64,000 nt of DNA from assembly GCA_963785305.1 (NCBI GenBank), contig CAWAUV010000009.1, forward strand, positions 32,001 to 96,000, given 5' to 3'. The notes below the pieces were generated by a model, which did no database searches, was not told the DNA's origin, and was given only the letters and a program-made list of their open reading frames with translations. Each line of letters begins with the position of its first letter. Positions within the stretch are counted from its first letter, which is position 1. Origin of the DNA: an uncultured Planctomycetaceae bacterium (GTDB taxonomy: Bacteria; Planctomycetota; Planctomycetia; Pirellulales; PALSA-1355). Positions 52,902-62,812 of this stretch are shown here, piece after piece. The position numbers and the translations under genes were made by a program.

Positions 52902-54704
52902 TCAGTTCGCCACCGGATGGGCCGGGACCGGGCGGCCAGGCTTTTCAGCGGGCGGGGCTTGGGTTTGCGGATAAAAATCCGCGTCGACCTCCGGCGAGTT
53001 GTATTCGTAGGGACCGCGATACACGACCGGCTGAAAATCGAAATTGCCATGTCCCGGCGGACTGGGAGCGGTCCATTCGAGCCCGTTGCCATGCCAGGGA
53101 TTTCGCCCGGCGCGGGGGCCGAAGAACAAGCTGTGGAAGAAGTTGATAATGAACGGAATCTGGGCCAGGAACATGCCCACGGCGCTCCAGGTGATAAAGA
53201 TATTCAGCCCCTCGACATGATGAAACGAGGCGAATTCATTCACGTCGGCATAGCGCCGGGGCACTCCCAGGGCGCCCAAAAGATGCATCGGCAAGAAGGT
53301 GCAATTGAGAAACACAAACGTGAAAAAGAAATGGACCTTGCCCCAAAATTCGTTCATCGTGCGGCCGAACATCTTGGGAAACCAAAAATAGATCGCGCCA
53401 AAGACTCCCATCGCCGTGCTGGCGAAGAGCACATAGTGCAGATGGGCCACGATGAAATAGGTGTCGGTGATATACACGTCGACCAGCGGGGCCGCCATGA
53501 AAATGCCCGACAACCCGCCGATGATGAACATCGACACGAAGCTGAGGGCAAACAGCATCGGCGTGGTGAACTGGAGCTTGCCACCCCAGATCGTGCCGAG
53601 CCAGTTGAACACTTTGATGGCGCTGGGGAGCGCGATCATGATCGTCGACACCATGAAGGTCGTGCCCAGGGCCGGGTTCATGCCCGAAACGAACATGTGA
53701 TGGCCCCACACAATGAATCCCAGCCCGGCGATCGCCGAGATCGAATAGATCATCGGTCGATAGCCGAAGAGCGGTTTGCGGGCGAAGCAACTGATCATGT
53801 CGCTCACCATGCCCATCGCCGGGAGAATCATGATGTACACGGCCGGGTGGCTATAGAACCAAAACAAGTGTTGCCACGCCAAGGGATGGCCGCCGCCGGC
53901 CGCTGGCAGGGCGTTGTTGGCGGTCCAGCCGGCCGGCTGAAAAAAGCCGGTTCCCACGAGCCGGTCGAGAAGTTGCATCACCGCGGCCGCCGTGAGCACC
54001 GGCAGGGCGAAGGCTTGCAGAATGGCGGTGATGAACATGCCCCAGATCGTCATCGGCAGGCGAAACATGGTCATGCCGGGCGCCCGCATTTGAATAATGG
54101 TGGTCATGTAGTTGATCGACCCCATCATCGATGAAATGCCGACGAAGGTGATGGTAAGCAGCCAGAGAGTTTGGCCCAGGGTGTCGGTCTCGGCGAGCGT
54201 GGGGTAGGCGGTCCAGCCCGACTTCGCGGGCCCGCCGGCGACGAAAAAGCTGGCGCCCAGACACGCAAAGGCCGGCCACATGAACCAGTAGCTCAGCATA
54301 TTGAGCGTGGGAAAAGCCATGTCCTCGGCGCCGATCATGAGCGGAATCAAGAAGTTGCCGAAAGCGCCGGCCAGGATCGGAATGATCACGAAAAAGATCA
54401 TCACCGAGGCATGCATCGTGAATAGCACGGTGTAAAACTCGGGCGAGATTTGTCCCCCTTCGCCGCCGAAAAGCGCCTTGCCGATCACCGGCATGTCGGC
54501 CCAGGGATAGGCGACCTGAAACCGAATTGCCAGGGCCAGCAATCCGCCGATGAGAAACCAGATCAGGGTCGAAAAGAAAAACTGCATGCCGATCACTTTG
54601 TGATCGCGCGAAAAAATATAGCGACTGACGAAGCTCTGGGCATGCGCCGCGGCATGCTGGGCATGCTCCGGGGCATGCGCGGCCGGGACACTGATCGTGC
54701 TCAT
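52902..54704 (-). CDS. ctaD: Cytochrome c oxidase subunit I (A2 type)
   Basis: DHKVIG, FTMHAS, FWFYSHPAVYIMILP, VWGHHMF, VAHLHYV, PRRY. Confidence 0.96.
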   Translation of the reverse strand: MSTISVPAAHAPEHAQHAAAHAQSFVSRYIFSRDHKVIGMQFFFSTLIWFLIGGLLALAIRFQVAYPWADMPVIGKALFGGEGGQISPEFYTVLFTMHASVMIFFVIIPILAGAFGNFLIPLMIGAEDMAFPTLNMLSYWFMWPAFACLGASFFVAGGPAKSGWTAYPTLAETDTLGQTLWLLTITFVGISSMMGSINYMTTIIQMRAPGMTMFRLPMTIWGMFITAILQAFALPVLTAAAVMQLLDRLVGTGFFQPAGWTANNALPAAGGGHPLAWQHLFWFYSHPAVYIMILPAMGMVSDMISCFARKPLFGYRPMIYSISAIAGLGFIVWGHHMFVSGMNPALGTTFMVSTIMIALPSAIKVFNWLGTIWGGKLQFTTPMLFALSFVSMFIIGGLSGIFMAAPLVDVYITDTYFIVAHLHYVLFASTAMGVFGAIYFWFPKMFGRTMNEFWGKVHFFFTFVFLNCTFLPMHLLGALGVPRRYADVNEFASFHHVEGLNIFITWSAVGMFLAQIPFIINFFHSLFFGPRAGRNPWHGNGLEWTAPSPPGHGNFDFQPVVYRGPYEYNSPEVDADFYPQTQAPPAEKPGRPVPAHPVAN

Positions 54705-55489
54705 GGATTGCCTCCCACTTCACCGGCCGGCGGAGCGGAATCGCGCACGGCCTCTTGTTCGGCGTATTTGCGCTCGAGCCAGCGATCGAAATCGGCTCGC
54801 GGCTCGATCGTCAACCGGCCCTTCATTTTGTAATGTCCCCAACCGCAAAGCTCGGCGCAGATCAGATCGTATTCTCCCGGCTGGGTCGGCTCGAACCACA
54901 CCGGAATCGTCATGCCCGGCACCGCGTCTTGCTTGACGCGGAGGTTCGGCAGAAAAAAGCTGTGCAGCACATCCATGCTCTTCAGCTCCACGAGCGCTTC
55001 CTCCTGGGCCGGCAGATGCAGATCGTTTACGAGAAACAGATCGTCTTGCGTGCCCAACTTGCCGTCGCGGCCCGGATAACGGAGACGCCACTCGAACTGC
55101 CGCGCCGAGACTTCGACCGTGGGCGCGATGTTCGGCTGGTCCATCTTGGCGGCCGCCCAGGCGCTCATTTGATAAAACGCCATGAACAGCAGCACGCCGG
55201 CCGGAATGATCGTCCAAATGACCTCGAGCGCGTGGCTGCCGTGGATAAATCGCGCCTCGCCGCCGGCCGAGCGCTGCTCATAACGCCACATGAACCAGAA
55301 GAGCGCCCCTTCCGTGCCGACGAACACCGCGCCCGTGATCCACAGGATCATGTAGAACAAGTGATCGACCGCCGCGCCGCGGGCGGAAACATCGCGCGGG
55401 AGCCAAACATCGTGCATCGGCCCGGCGATGAACATCGCCACCGTCAGGATCGGCACCAGCGCGAATAAGAGACTCCAGAATCGGGCCAC
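54701..55489 (-). CDS. ctaC: Cytochrome c oxidase subunit II
   Basis: LEVIWTIIP, QFEW, DVLHSF, CuA motif CAELCGWGHYKM; GTG start. Confidence 0.95.
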   Translation of the reverse strand: MARFWSLLFALVPILTVAMFIAGPMHDVWLPRDVSARGAAVDHLFYMILWITGAVFVGTEGALFWFMWRYEQRSAGGEARFIHGSHALEVIWTIIPAGVLLFMAFYQMSAWAAAKMDQPNIAPTVEVSARQFEWRLRYPGRDGKLGTQDDLFLVNDLHLPAQEEALVELKSMDVLHSFFLPNLRVKQDAVPGMTIPVWFEPTQPGEYDLICAELCGWGHYKMKGRLTIEPRADFDRWLERKYAEQEAVRDSAPPAGEVGGNP

Positions 55490-55631
55490 GGGCGTCGTTC
55501 TCTCGGAATTTGGCTTCTCGAAACCAGCTCGATCGGTCGCGAACGGGAAATATCGCGGGGGAGCAAAATGTACTGGAGTTCGCCGCGCGGGCAAGGCGAC
55601 TCGCTCCAAGCCGACTCGCGGCGGCCCAGCG

Positions 55632-56879
55632 CTACAACGGTGATTTCGCGTCGCTCTCTTTCGGCATCGAACCGGGCGAATCGTAGGGCAATGTTTGCAA
55701 GTAACGCACCACATGCCACACTTCGTCGGGCGCCAAGCCCGGCGCTCCCGGCGCCACTTGGCCCGAGGCCGGCATCTGCGCCCCGTCGATTCCCGTTTGC
55801 ACTCGGCGATAAAGATCGACGGGCCGGCGCCCAAAGCGATAATAGGGGCGTCGCAGATTTCGCGGACGGATGTGGATCGGCGGCAGGGTGTCTTCCTCGA
55901 GCACATGGGCCATGAGGCCGAGTTGCTCGAGTTTCTTGGCTCGGTCGGCTGGACTGATCTCTTGATCGCTGGCCAGGGCGGCGAACCCGGCGCGGTTGGC
56001 CGCGAGCGTCTCGGCGACTTTCTTGTTCCAAAAATCGTAATCCGTCACTTGGCCATCGCCCAGGGCGCTGGCGCCGTGGCACTGGGAGCAGAGCGCTTTC
56101 TTGCGATCGAGAAAAATCTCGCGGCCCAAGGCCGCCGATTGGCTTTCGCTCACTCCGGCGGGCGGCTCGGGCGGATGCACCACCTTGCTCTCCGCTTCAC
56201 GCCATGATTTCACGACCACGGCCAGCGGGCCTTCGACAAGTGTTTCGCCGTCGAGCGAAAGCGACTCGCCAACGCCCAGGTCGGCGGCGGCTTCGATCAG
56301 TTGCAGCTCCACCTGGCCGCGAATGCTTAGGTATTTCACATATTCGACCAGCGCGTTGATCTCGCTGGGCAGCAGCAGATCGAACGACGGCATCGCGGTG
56401 TCCATGATGCCGTCGCGCAGCACGCGCTCGAGATCGGCCTGGGTCGGCTTGGCGTCGTGGGTCGTGGATTTGTATTTATAAACCCCTGGGCGATAATCGC
56501 GCGGGTAGGGATTCAAAATCGCCGCGGTTGGGCCCAGCCCATCGCCGGTGACCCCGTGGCAATGCACGCAGTGCCGGCGATAGAGGCCTCGCTGATTGCC
56601 CTGTTCATCACTGCCGACCGGCCCGGCCGCTTGCCGAATCTTGGCCAGATCGAGCCCCGAGTCGGGCAAGACGAAGGGATCGTCGGGCGAGCCGAACATG
56701 GCGGCCAGGGCCAAGGCGATTTCGCGCTGCTGCGCCGGCGGCGTCTCGCTCTTGAGCATCTCGAGCCGATTGGGGCGAAACCGCGGCGGATCGGTCTTCG
56801 CGCAGCCGACGACCGAGATCGCGAGGGCGACGACGATCCAAAAGCGATTCAGGCGGCGGCTCGACATCTCGGGTAACAT
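55632..56879 (-). CDS. Diheme c-type cytochrome lipoprotein
   Basis: Lipobox VVGC; CVHCH and CSQCH; distal Met candidates TAMP and AQMP. Confidence 0.9.
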   Translation of the reverse strand: MLPEMSSRRLNRFWIVVALAISVVGCAKTDPPRFRPNRLEMLKSETPPAQQREIALALAAMFGSPDDPFVLPDSGLDLAKIRQAAGPVGSDEQGNQRGLYRRHCVHCHGVTGDGLGPTAAILNPYPRDYRPGVYKYKSTTHDAKPTQADLERVLRDGIMDTAMPSFDLLLPSEINALVEYVKYLSIRGQVELQLIEAAADLGVGESLSLDGETLVEGPLAVVVKSWREAESKVVHPPEPPAGVSESQSAALGREIFLDRKKALCSQCHGASALGDGQVTDYDFWNKKVAETLAANRAGFAALASDQEISPADRAKKLEQLGLMAHVLEEDTLPPIHIRPRNLRRPYYRFGRRPVDLYRRVQTGIDGAQMPASGQVAPGAPGLAPDEVWHVVRYLQTLPYDSPGSMPKESDAKSPL

Positions 56880-56996
56880 GCTCCTCGCAGGCTGTTGAAA
56901 AACTTTTTCGCGACATCGCTCCGCCGCGACGCGTCTGGCCGTTGTCGGGCTGGCCGTTGTCGGGCTGGCCGATGGGCCACTGGATCGGGCAAGTTC

Positions 56997-57164
56997 CTAT
57001 TTCGCGGTTTCGTTCGGCGCGGAGTCTGTCGGCTTCACGGTTTCGGGCGCTTCCTCGCCGAGGAGCTTCGCCCTTAGAGCGGCGACTTCCTTGGCGTCGG
57101 GAGGGGGCGGGAGCGACGAGCGTTGATTGCAGCCCGCCAACGTCGCCAGGAGCGCGATCGCCAT
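56997..57164 (-). CDS. Small lipoprotein
   Basis: MAIALLATLAGC lipobox followed by about 43 aa. The start may lie further upstream. Confidence 0.55.
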   Translation of the reverse strand: MAIALLATLAGCNQRSSLPPPPDAKEVAALRAKLLGEEAPETVKPTDSAPNETAK

Positions 57165-57306
57165 TAGCGCGCTCCCGCGCAACCCGCGAATGCGCGCCTG
57201 CCTTTCCAAGAACCGGTCTGCTTGTCGCGGCATTAACAGTTGCTTTCGCGGCATTAACACGGATCGTCTCGAATTCGTCGCTGGACCGCTTGCAACCGCG
57301 GAGGTA

Positions 57307-58119
57307 TTACGTGAGAACACGCGCGGGAATTTTGATATCGCCCAAGTCGGTGATTCCCGGCTTGAGAGTGAAGTCCGCTCGACCTTTGGCGTCGGTGGCG
57401 AAACCATCGGCGCCATTGATGTTCTTCAGGTTGCCGGCCTTCTCTTGCCAAAACTGAAATATGATCGGTTTTCCGGCCGGCAAGTCCTCGATTTCAAATG
57501 TTCCATCGGCCTTGCTCACGGCGAAATAGGGATTCGCGCGGATCAAAATAATGCCTTGCATCCACGGATGAATGTTGCAGGCGATCTTGCACGGTATCGA
57601 CTCCTCGGTAGTGACACCGGTCTTTTTCAGCACGGCGCCAGGCGCCACCACGTCGTTGAACGACTCGTTCTTCAACAGCGTGGCATTGACATTGTGACCC
57701 AAGGGGTCCGAATTCTTGAGCACCAGCGGCTGCGAGGTCCGCTTTACCAGCACATGAGGTTCGAAACGACAATTCATATTGTCGAGCACCACTTCAGCGT
57801 TGGCGGTCTGATCGTATTTCGGATTCACATCGATCGACTTTTCTCGCACGAATATCACGACGTTCGCCAATTCGCCGTTGGCGCCGATGACGACGCTTTC
57901 GTCCCTCGGCGCTCCACATGCCGCGGGCACGGCCACGACAATCGGCGGAGCGGCGGCCGGCAGTTTGCCATCGACGATAAATCGCCCCTTGAGCGTGCCC
58001 CAGTCCGCCGCCAGCGTGGTTATTGGAAATTGCGCGAAGCTGACCGCGAGCGTGAATATCAACGCCAAGCAAAAGCGCGTCGCCATTCGCGTTGATCCCA
58101 GGATCGCCAAATAGATCAT
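57307..58119 (-). CDS. Secreted cupredoxin-like/carboxypeptidase-regulatory-like protein, copy 1
   Basis: WGTLKGRF, LDNMNCRFEPHV, NSDPLGHNV, CNIHPWM. Confidence 0.8.
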   Translation of the reverse strand: MIYLAILGSTRMATRFCLALIFTLAVSFAQFPITTLAADWGTLKGRFIVDGKLPAAAPPIVVAVPAACGAPRDESVVIGANGELANVVIFVREKSIDVNPKYDQTANAEVVLDNMNCRFEPHVLVKRTSQPLVLKNSDPLGHNVNATLLKNESFNDVVAPGAVLKKTGVTTEESIPCKIACNIHPWMQGIILIRANPYFAVSKADGTFEIEDLPAGKPIIFQFWQEKAGNLKNINGADGFATDAKGRADFTLKPGITDLGDIKIPARVLT

Positions 58120-58140
58120 TATGCTTCGCCCCGGCGGTCT

Positions 58141-58935
58141 TTACTTCGCGAAAGCGCTGGCGGGGATCTTGATATCGCCCAGATCGGTGACACCCGGCTT
58201 GAGCGTGAGCTTCACGCGGCCTTTGGCGTCGGTGGCGAACCCATCGGCGCCGGTAATGCTCTTCAAGTTGCCGGCCTTCTCTTGCCAAAATTGAAATTCG
58301 ATCGGTTTCCCGGCCGGCAGGTCCTTGATTTCGAATGTGCCATCGGCCTTGCTCACCGCGAAATAAGGATTCGCGCGAATCAGAATAATGCCTTGCATCC
58401 AGGGGTGGATGTTGCAGGCCACTTTGAGCGGCGTAAGCTCTTCGCTCGACAGGCCCGACTTCGTCATTTCCGCGTTCGGCGGCAGCATGTCGTTGAACGA
58501 AGTATTTTTGAGCAGTGTCACGTTGGTGTTGTGGCCCACCGGGTCCGAGTTCTTGAGCACCAGGGTTTGCGTGGTCCGCATCACGAGCACATGGGGCTCG
58601 AAGCGGCAATCCTTGTTGTCGAGCACCACGTCACTCTTGGCGGTCTTCGCGTATTCGGGATTCACATCGATCGATTTGTCGCGCACATAGATCACGGCGT
58701 TGGCCAGATCGCCCTTGGCGTCGACCACGAGGTCCTCATTGACCAAATTGTGCTTGCCACACACTTCAGCATTTTGGCTGATTTTCAGCGCGACCGGGGC
58801 GGGGGTGGCGCCCTCGACGATCAGCCGACCCTTGAGCGTGCCCCATTCCTCGGCGCGGGCCATGGTCGCATGATTCAAGGCCGCTCCAGCAAGCAGCGCC
58901 AATGCGCCCAACGAAATTCGATTTCCACGGATCAT
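58141..58935 (-). CDS. Secreted cupredoxin-like/carboxypeptidase-regulatory-like protein, copy 2 (tandem paralog)
   Basis: WGTLKGRL, LDNKDCRFEPHV, NSDPVGHNT, CNIHPWM; C-terminal half nearly identical to copy 1. Confidence 0.82.
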   Translation of the reverse strand: MIRGNRISLGALALLAGAALNHATMARAEEWGTLKGRLIVEGATPAPVALKISQNAEVCGKHNLVNEDLVVDAKGDLANAVIYVRDKSIDVNPEYAKTAKSDVVLDNKDCRFEPHVLVMRTTQTLVLKNSDPVGHNTNVTLLKNTSFNDMLPPNAEMTKSGLSSEELTPLKVACNIHPWMQGIILIRANPYFAVSKADGTFEIKDLPAGKPIEFQFWQEKAGNLKSITGADGFATDAKGRVKLTLKPGVTDLGDIKIPASAFAK

Positions 58936-59222
58936 GAGGGGGCCTCTCTGGAAAGTAATCGGTCGGGGGATTTTCTATTGTCGTGTCGAATGCCCGGTCC
59001 GAACAAGCGCCGAACGAAAAAATCGAAATACGACCCGGTTCAGGTTTCCACGTCCTCAGCGCCTCGCTCGCGAATCACGCGGCGGTTAACAGCCGGAGGC
59101 GTCACGCCGCACCGCATCGCCGGAAAACCCATTGGATCCGCGCGGCTCGGCGCAAAACACGCCGCGCCATTTCGCGGGCGGTTTGCCGGGCGCCGAGAGG
59201 GCTAAGTTGCTTTTAATCCGCG

Positions 59223-59489
59223 TCACTTCGATTCCGCCGGAGCGGTTTCGGGCGACGGCGCGGCTTCCGACGGCGGGGTGGCTTCAGGCGATGCTTTCGA
59301 TTCGGCGGGCGCTTTGGTTTCGGTGGGCGAATCGGCGGGTGGGGCGGGACTTGCGTCCGATCCCATGTCGATCTTCACGGGCGGGTTATCGGCGTCGGAA
59401 TTCTTTTTGTCTCCGCCGCCGCATCCCACGAAGTTAACTAGAACCCACGCCGCCAGCAAGCCGCGAACCGCGATTTTCGCGAATTCCAT
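59223..59489 (-). CDS. Small low-complexity lipoprotein
   Basis: Lipobox FVGC, then a P/A/E/S-rich tail; AGAGGAAG upstream. Confidence 0.7.
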   Translation of the reverse strand: MEFAKIAVRGLLAAWVLVNFVGCGGGDKKNSDADNPPVKIDMGSDASPAPPADSPTETKAPAESKASPEATPPSEAAPSPETAPAESK

Positions 59490-59763
59490 GATCTTCCTCT
59501 ACATGGTGTTGAACGTAGCCGTTGAACTTACCGAGCCTCGGCCTCCGTTGCAAGAAGCCGCGAGCGATTCGAGTCCTGGAATCCGCCGCCGGCGCCGCGC
59601 CTGCGGTTGGAATGCGCCGCCGATGCCAGTAGAATCGAAGAGGGCGGCGTTTCCAGCGGGGCGGCTCGCGAGACGTGCGCTCCCCGACACGCTGATTTGG
59701 CAAATGGCGGTCGCGATACGCCCGGGGAAGCGCCACGAAAAGGTGTCGAAAACGCGTTGTTCC

Positions 59764-60903
59764 ATGGACTTGCTTGCGGAGCGTCGTCCGATGCATCTAT
59801 TGTCAGATTCGCCTCGAAGAGCTTGGCGGCGTGTCGCTGTCGGCGGCGCCGCTCCATCGGCTCGGCGCCCGAGGCTGGCGCGGCCGTGGGCTGCCGGCAA
59901 CCGCGGTTTCACGCTCGTTGAGCTGCTGGTCGTGATTACGATCATCGGCATCTTGGTCGCGCTGCTCCTGCCCGCGGTGCAAATGGCCCGGGAATCAGGC
60001 CGCCAAGCCCAGTGCTCGAACACGCTCAAGCAGCTTGCCCTCGCTTGCTTGCAACATGAGCAGTCCCACGGTTTCTTTCCGACCGGGGGCTGGGGTTGGG
60101 CCTACAACGGCGATCCGGACCGCGGCGCCGACATCTCGCAGTGCGGCGGTTGGCTTTACAATATTCTGCCCTTCATGGATCAGCAGGCTTATCACGACCT
60201 GGGCGCGGGACAAACCGCAGCCCAAAAAATGACGACATTTCAGACCCGCGTGCAAACCCCGCTCTCGGGCATCAATTGCCCGACACGGCGGCCCGCCGGC
60301 TTATATCCATTCACGAGCGATCCGCCCGCGAATTACACGACGCCTACCTCGGCCGGCGTCATCAAAACCGACTACGGCGGAAACAATGGCACGACCAACT
60401 GCTTGCCCGGCGCTTTGGGCATTTGGCCAAGCGCATTTACAAACGGCGATGGCGGCCCCCAGCCAACCGCCATGCCCACGGCCGGCACGCTTTCGCAAAC
60501 CGCCGCCACGCTTGCCGCTGGCTCGAGCGCGCCCAATGGCATCATCTACCCGCTGAGCCGCGTGGCCGCCGCGATGGTTAAAGATGGCATGAGCAACACG
60601 TACTTGGTGGGCGAAAAATATCTCGAGCCCCAAGAGTATCTAACCGGCACGGACTCGGGCGACAACGAAGACGCGCTGATCGGCGACAATTCGGATGTGA
60701 GCCGCGGCGTGTATTCGCCGCCCTTGCCCGACACTCCGGGTTATATTGCCTATGTGATTTTCGGCAGCGCGCATCTCAACACGTTTCAGGCCGCCATGTG
60801 CGACGGGTCGGTGCATCCGATCTCCTACTCGATCAGTCCCTCGATCCACACCTTGCTGGGAAATCGCCAGGACGGACAGCCGATCAATTGGAGTACTTTT
60901 TAA
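59764..60903 (+). CDS. DUF1559 prepilin-type protein
   Basis: [54 protein letters not shown]9-DG. Start uncertain. Confidence 0.92.
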   Translation: MDLLAERRPMHLLSDSPRRAWRRVAVGGAAPSARRPRLARPWAAGNRGFTLVELLVVITIIGILVALLLPAVQMARESGRQAQCSNTLKQLALACLQHEQSHGFFPTGGWGWAYNGDPDRGADISQCGGWLYNILPFMDQQAYHDLGAGQTAAQKMTTFQTRVQTPLSGINCPTRRPAGLYPFTSDPPANYTTPTSAGVIKTDYGGNNGTTNCLPGALGIWPSAFTNGDGGPQPTAMPTAGTLSQTAATLAAGSSAPNGIIYPLSRVAAAMVKDGMSNTYLVGEKYLEPQEYLTGTDSGDNEDALIGDNSDVSRGVYSPPLPDTPGYIAYVIFGSAHLNTFQAAMCDGSVHPISYSISPSIHTLLGNRQDGQPINWSTF

Positions 60904-61038
60904 CGCGATCGCCGCCAGCGTCGACTGCGCGTCGGTATCGCCGCGGCGCGGGGCTTTGTCGCAACAGCCCACCGGACGGATCGAAAAGTCCACAACAGCC
61001 TTTTGAAATATTCATCAGGCTTTTAAGAGGTTCAGCGG

Positions 61039-62319
61039 ATGAATGTGTTGATCGTTGGCGAAGGCGGACGCGAACACGCGCTCGCCTGGAAAATCGCTCA
61101 AAGCCCTCGCGCCAGCCGAGTGTTCGTCGCCCCCGGCAACGCCGGCACGGCCGAAGACGCCGAGAATGTCGATATCGCGTCGACCGACACCGCCCGGCTC
61201 ATCAAGTTCGCCCAGCAAAACGCGGTGTCGCTCGTCGTCGTCGGGCCCGAGCAACCGCTGGTGCGCGGGCTGGTCGACGCCTGCCAAGACGCCAAGCTTC
61301 GCGTGTTTGGCCCCAGCAAGGCCGCAGCCGAGCTCGAAGGCAGCAAGATATTTTGCAAGAACTTGCTTCGCCACGCCGATGTGCCCACGGCCGATTACCA
61401 TGTGTTTCGCAATCCCGACCACGCGCTCACCTTTCTCAACGATCGGGAGGATGTGCCGGTGGTGGTCAAGGCCGATGGGCTCGCCTCGGGCAAGGGCGTG
61501 TTTGTGTGCGCCGGCCGGGCCGAAGCGCTCGAGGCCGTCAAACGCATCGGCCGCAATCGCGAGTTTGGCGACGCCGGCAATCAGCTCATCATCGAAGAGC
61601 GGCTCGATGGGCAAGAGGCCAGCGTGCTCGCGATCACCGATGGCCGCACGATCGTCACCCTGCCGCCGGCCCAAGACCACAAACGCGCCTACGACGGCGA
61701 CACCGGCCCGAACACCGGCGGCATGGGCGCGTACAGCCCGGCCCCGATCGTGACCGAAGACATGCTCCACAAGATCGAGGAGCATATTCTGGTGCCGACC
61801 GTGCATGCGATGAAACGTGCCCGACGGCCGTTCAAGGGCGTGCTCTATGCGGGCCTCATGCTCACGCATCAGGGGCCGAAGACGCTTGAATATAACGTGC
61901 GTTTCGGCGATCCCGAGTGCCAGCCGATCTTGATGCGGCTCGAAAGCGATCTGCTCGATCTGCTCGAAGCCACGGTCGACGGCAAGCTCGATGAAATCCC
62001 GCCGCCGCGCTGGAGCCCGCGAGCCAGCATCTGCGTGGTGATGGCCAGCGAGGGCTATCCGGGCGCCTATGAGCGCTTGGTCCCGATTCGCGGGCTCGAC
62101 GACGCCGCCAAGATTCCCGATGTGAAAGTGTTCCACGCCGGCACGGCGCGGGCCAACGGACAGATCGTGACCAACGGCGGCCGCGTGCTAGGCGTGACCG
62201 CCCTGGGCGCATCGATTCCAGCCGCCAAGCTGCAAGCCTACACGGCCGTGAAGTGCATCCGCTGGAAAGGCGGCTGGTGCCGCAAGGACATCTCCGACCG
62301 CGCCTTGGCGTCGATGTAA
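61039..62319 (+). CDS. purD: Phosphoribosylamine--glycine ligase
   Basis: GEGGREHALAW, VVKADGLASGKGV, QDHKR..DGD.GPNTGGMG, EYNVRFGDPE, TNGGRVL. Confidence 0.98.
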   Translation: MNVLIVGEGGREHALAWKIAQSPRASRVFVAPGNAGTAEDAENVDIASTDTARLIKFAQQNAVSLVVVGPEQPLVRGLVDACQDAKLRVFGPSKAAAELEGSKIFCKNLLRHADVPTADYHVFRNPDHALTFLNDREDVPVVVKADGLASGKGVFVCAGRAEALEAVKRIGRNREFGDAGNQLIIEERLDGQEASVLAITDGRTIVTLPPAQDHKRAYDGDTGPNTGGMGAYSPAPIVTEDMLHKIEEHILVPTVHAMKRARRPFKGVLYAGLMLTHQGPKTLEYNVRFGDPECQPILMRLESDLLDLLEATVDGKLDEIPPPRWSPRASICVVMASEGYPGAYERLVPIRGLDDAAKIPDVKVFHAGTARANGQIVTNGGRVLGVTALGASIPAAKLQAYTAVKCIRWKGGWCRKDISDRALASM

Positions 62320-62339
62320 GTCGCGGTTTAAAGAACGAC

Positions 62340-62488
62340 ACAAGCCTGAAGCGCCACGACGCGGGGCGTTTTCGCTGATTGGAACTTCGAGGAAATGCAC
62401 AAGCTTGAAGCGCAAGCGAAAGAATTCCTTCGCTCGCGCTTCAGGCTTGTATTTTTCAGCATTCCTTCGGTGGCGCTCCGGGCTTGTG
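62340..62488. repeat. Nested REP-like palindromic element downstream of purD
   Basis: Inner pair ACAAGCTTGAAGCGCAAGCGAA / TTCGCTCGCGCTTCAGGCTTGT (62399-62450); outer pair ACAAGCCTGAAGCGCCAC / GTGGCGCTCCGGGCTTGT. Confidence 0.75.
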
Positions 62489-62812
62489 CCGTTCGATCGC
62501 GCTTTCTCCCATGCTCGCGTGCGCGTGCCATGGACGCGCCGCCTCGTGCTGAAGAAATCCACGCCCAAGCTTATCGCGGGAGTGGGCCAAGAAATTATCG
62601 GCCATTGCTTGCATGCTCGCGACGAGCTAAGGCCAACCTCGCCCGTATTCGAGGGCGAGTGGAAATGCATTTCAACGCGGCGCTGGGGCGAAATCGTCAA
62701 ATGTTCTCCCCCAATCTCACCAAGGAGAAGCGAATAGACTCTTGACGACCCTTCCGCGGGGTGAGTACTCTCGGTTAAACCGCTCGGCAATAAATCGAAA
62801 AAAGGAACGCCA

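Noticed and set aside
62395..62745. ORFs overlapping the REP-like element after purD
   Set aside because: No recognisable motifs; the N-terminal part is translated palindrome.
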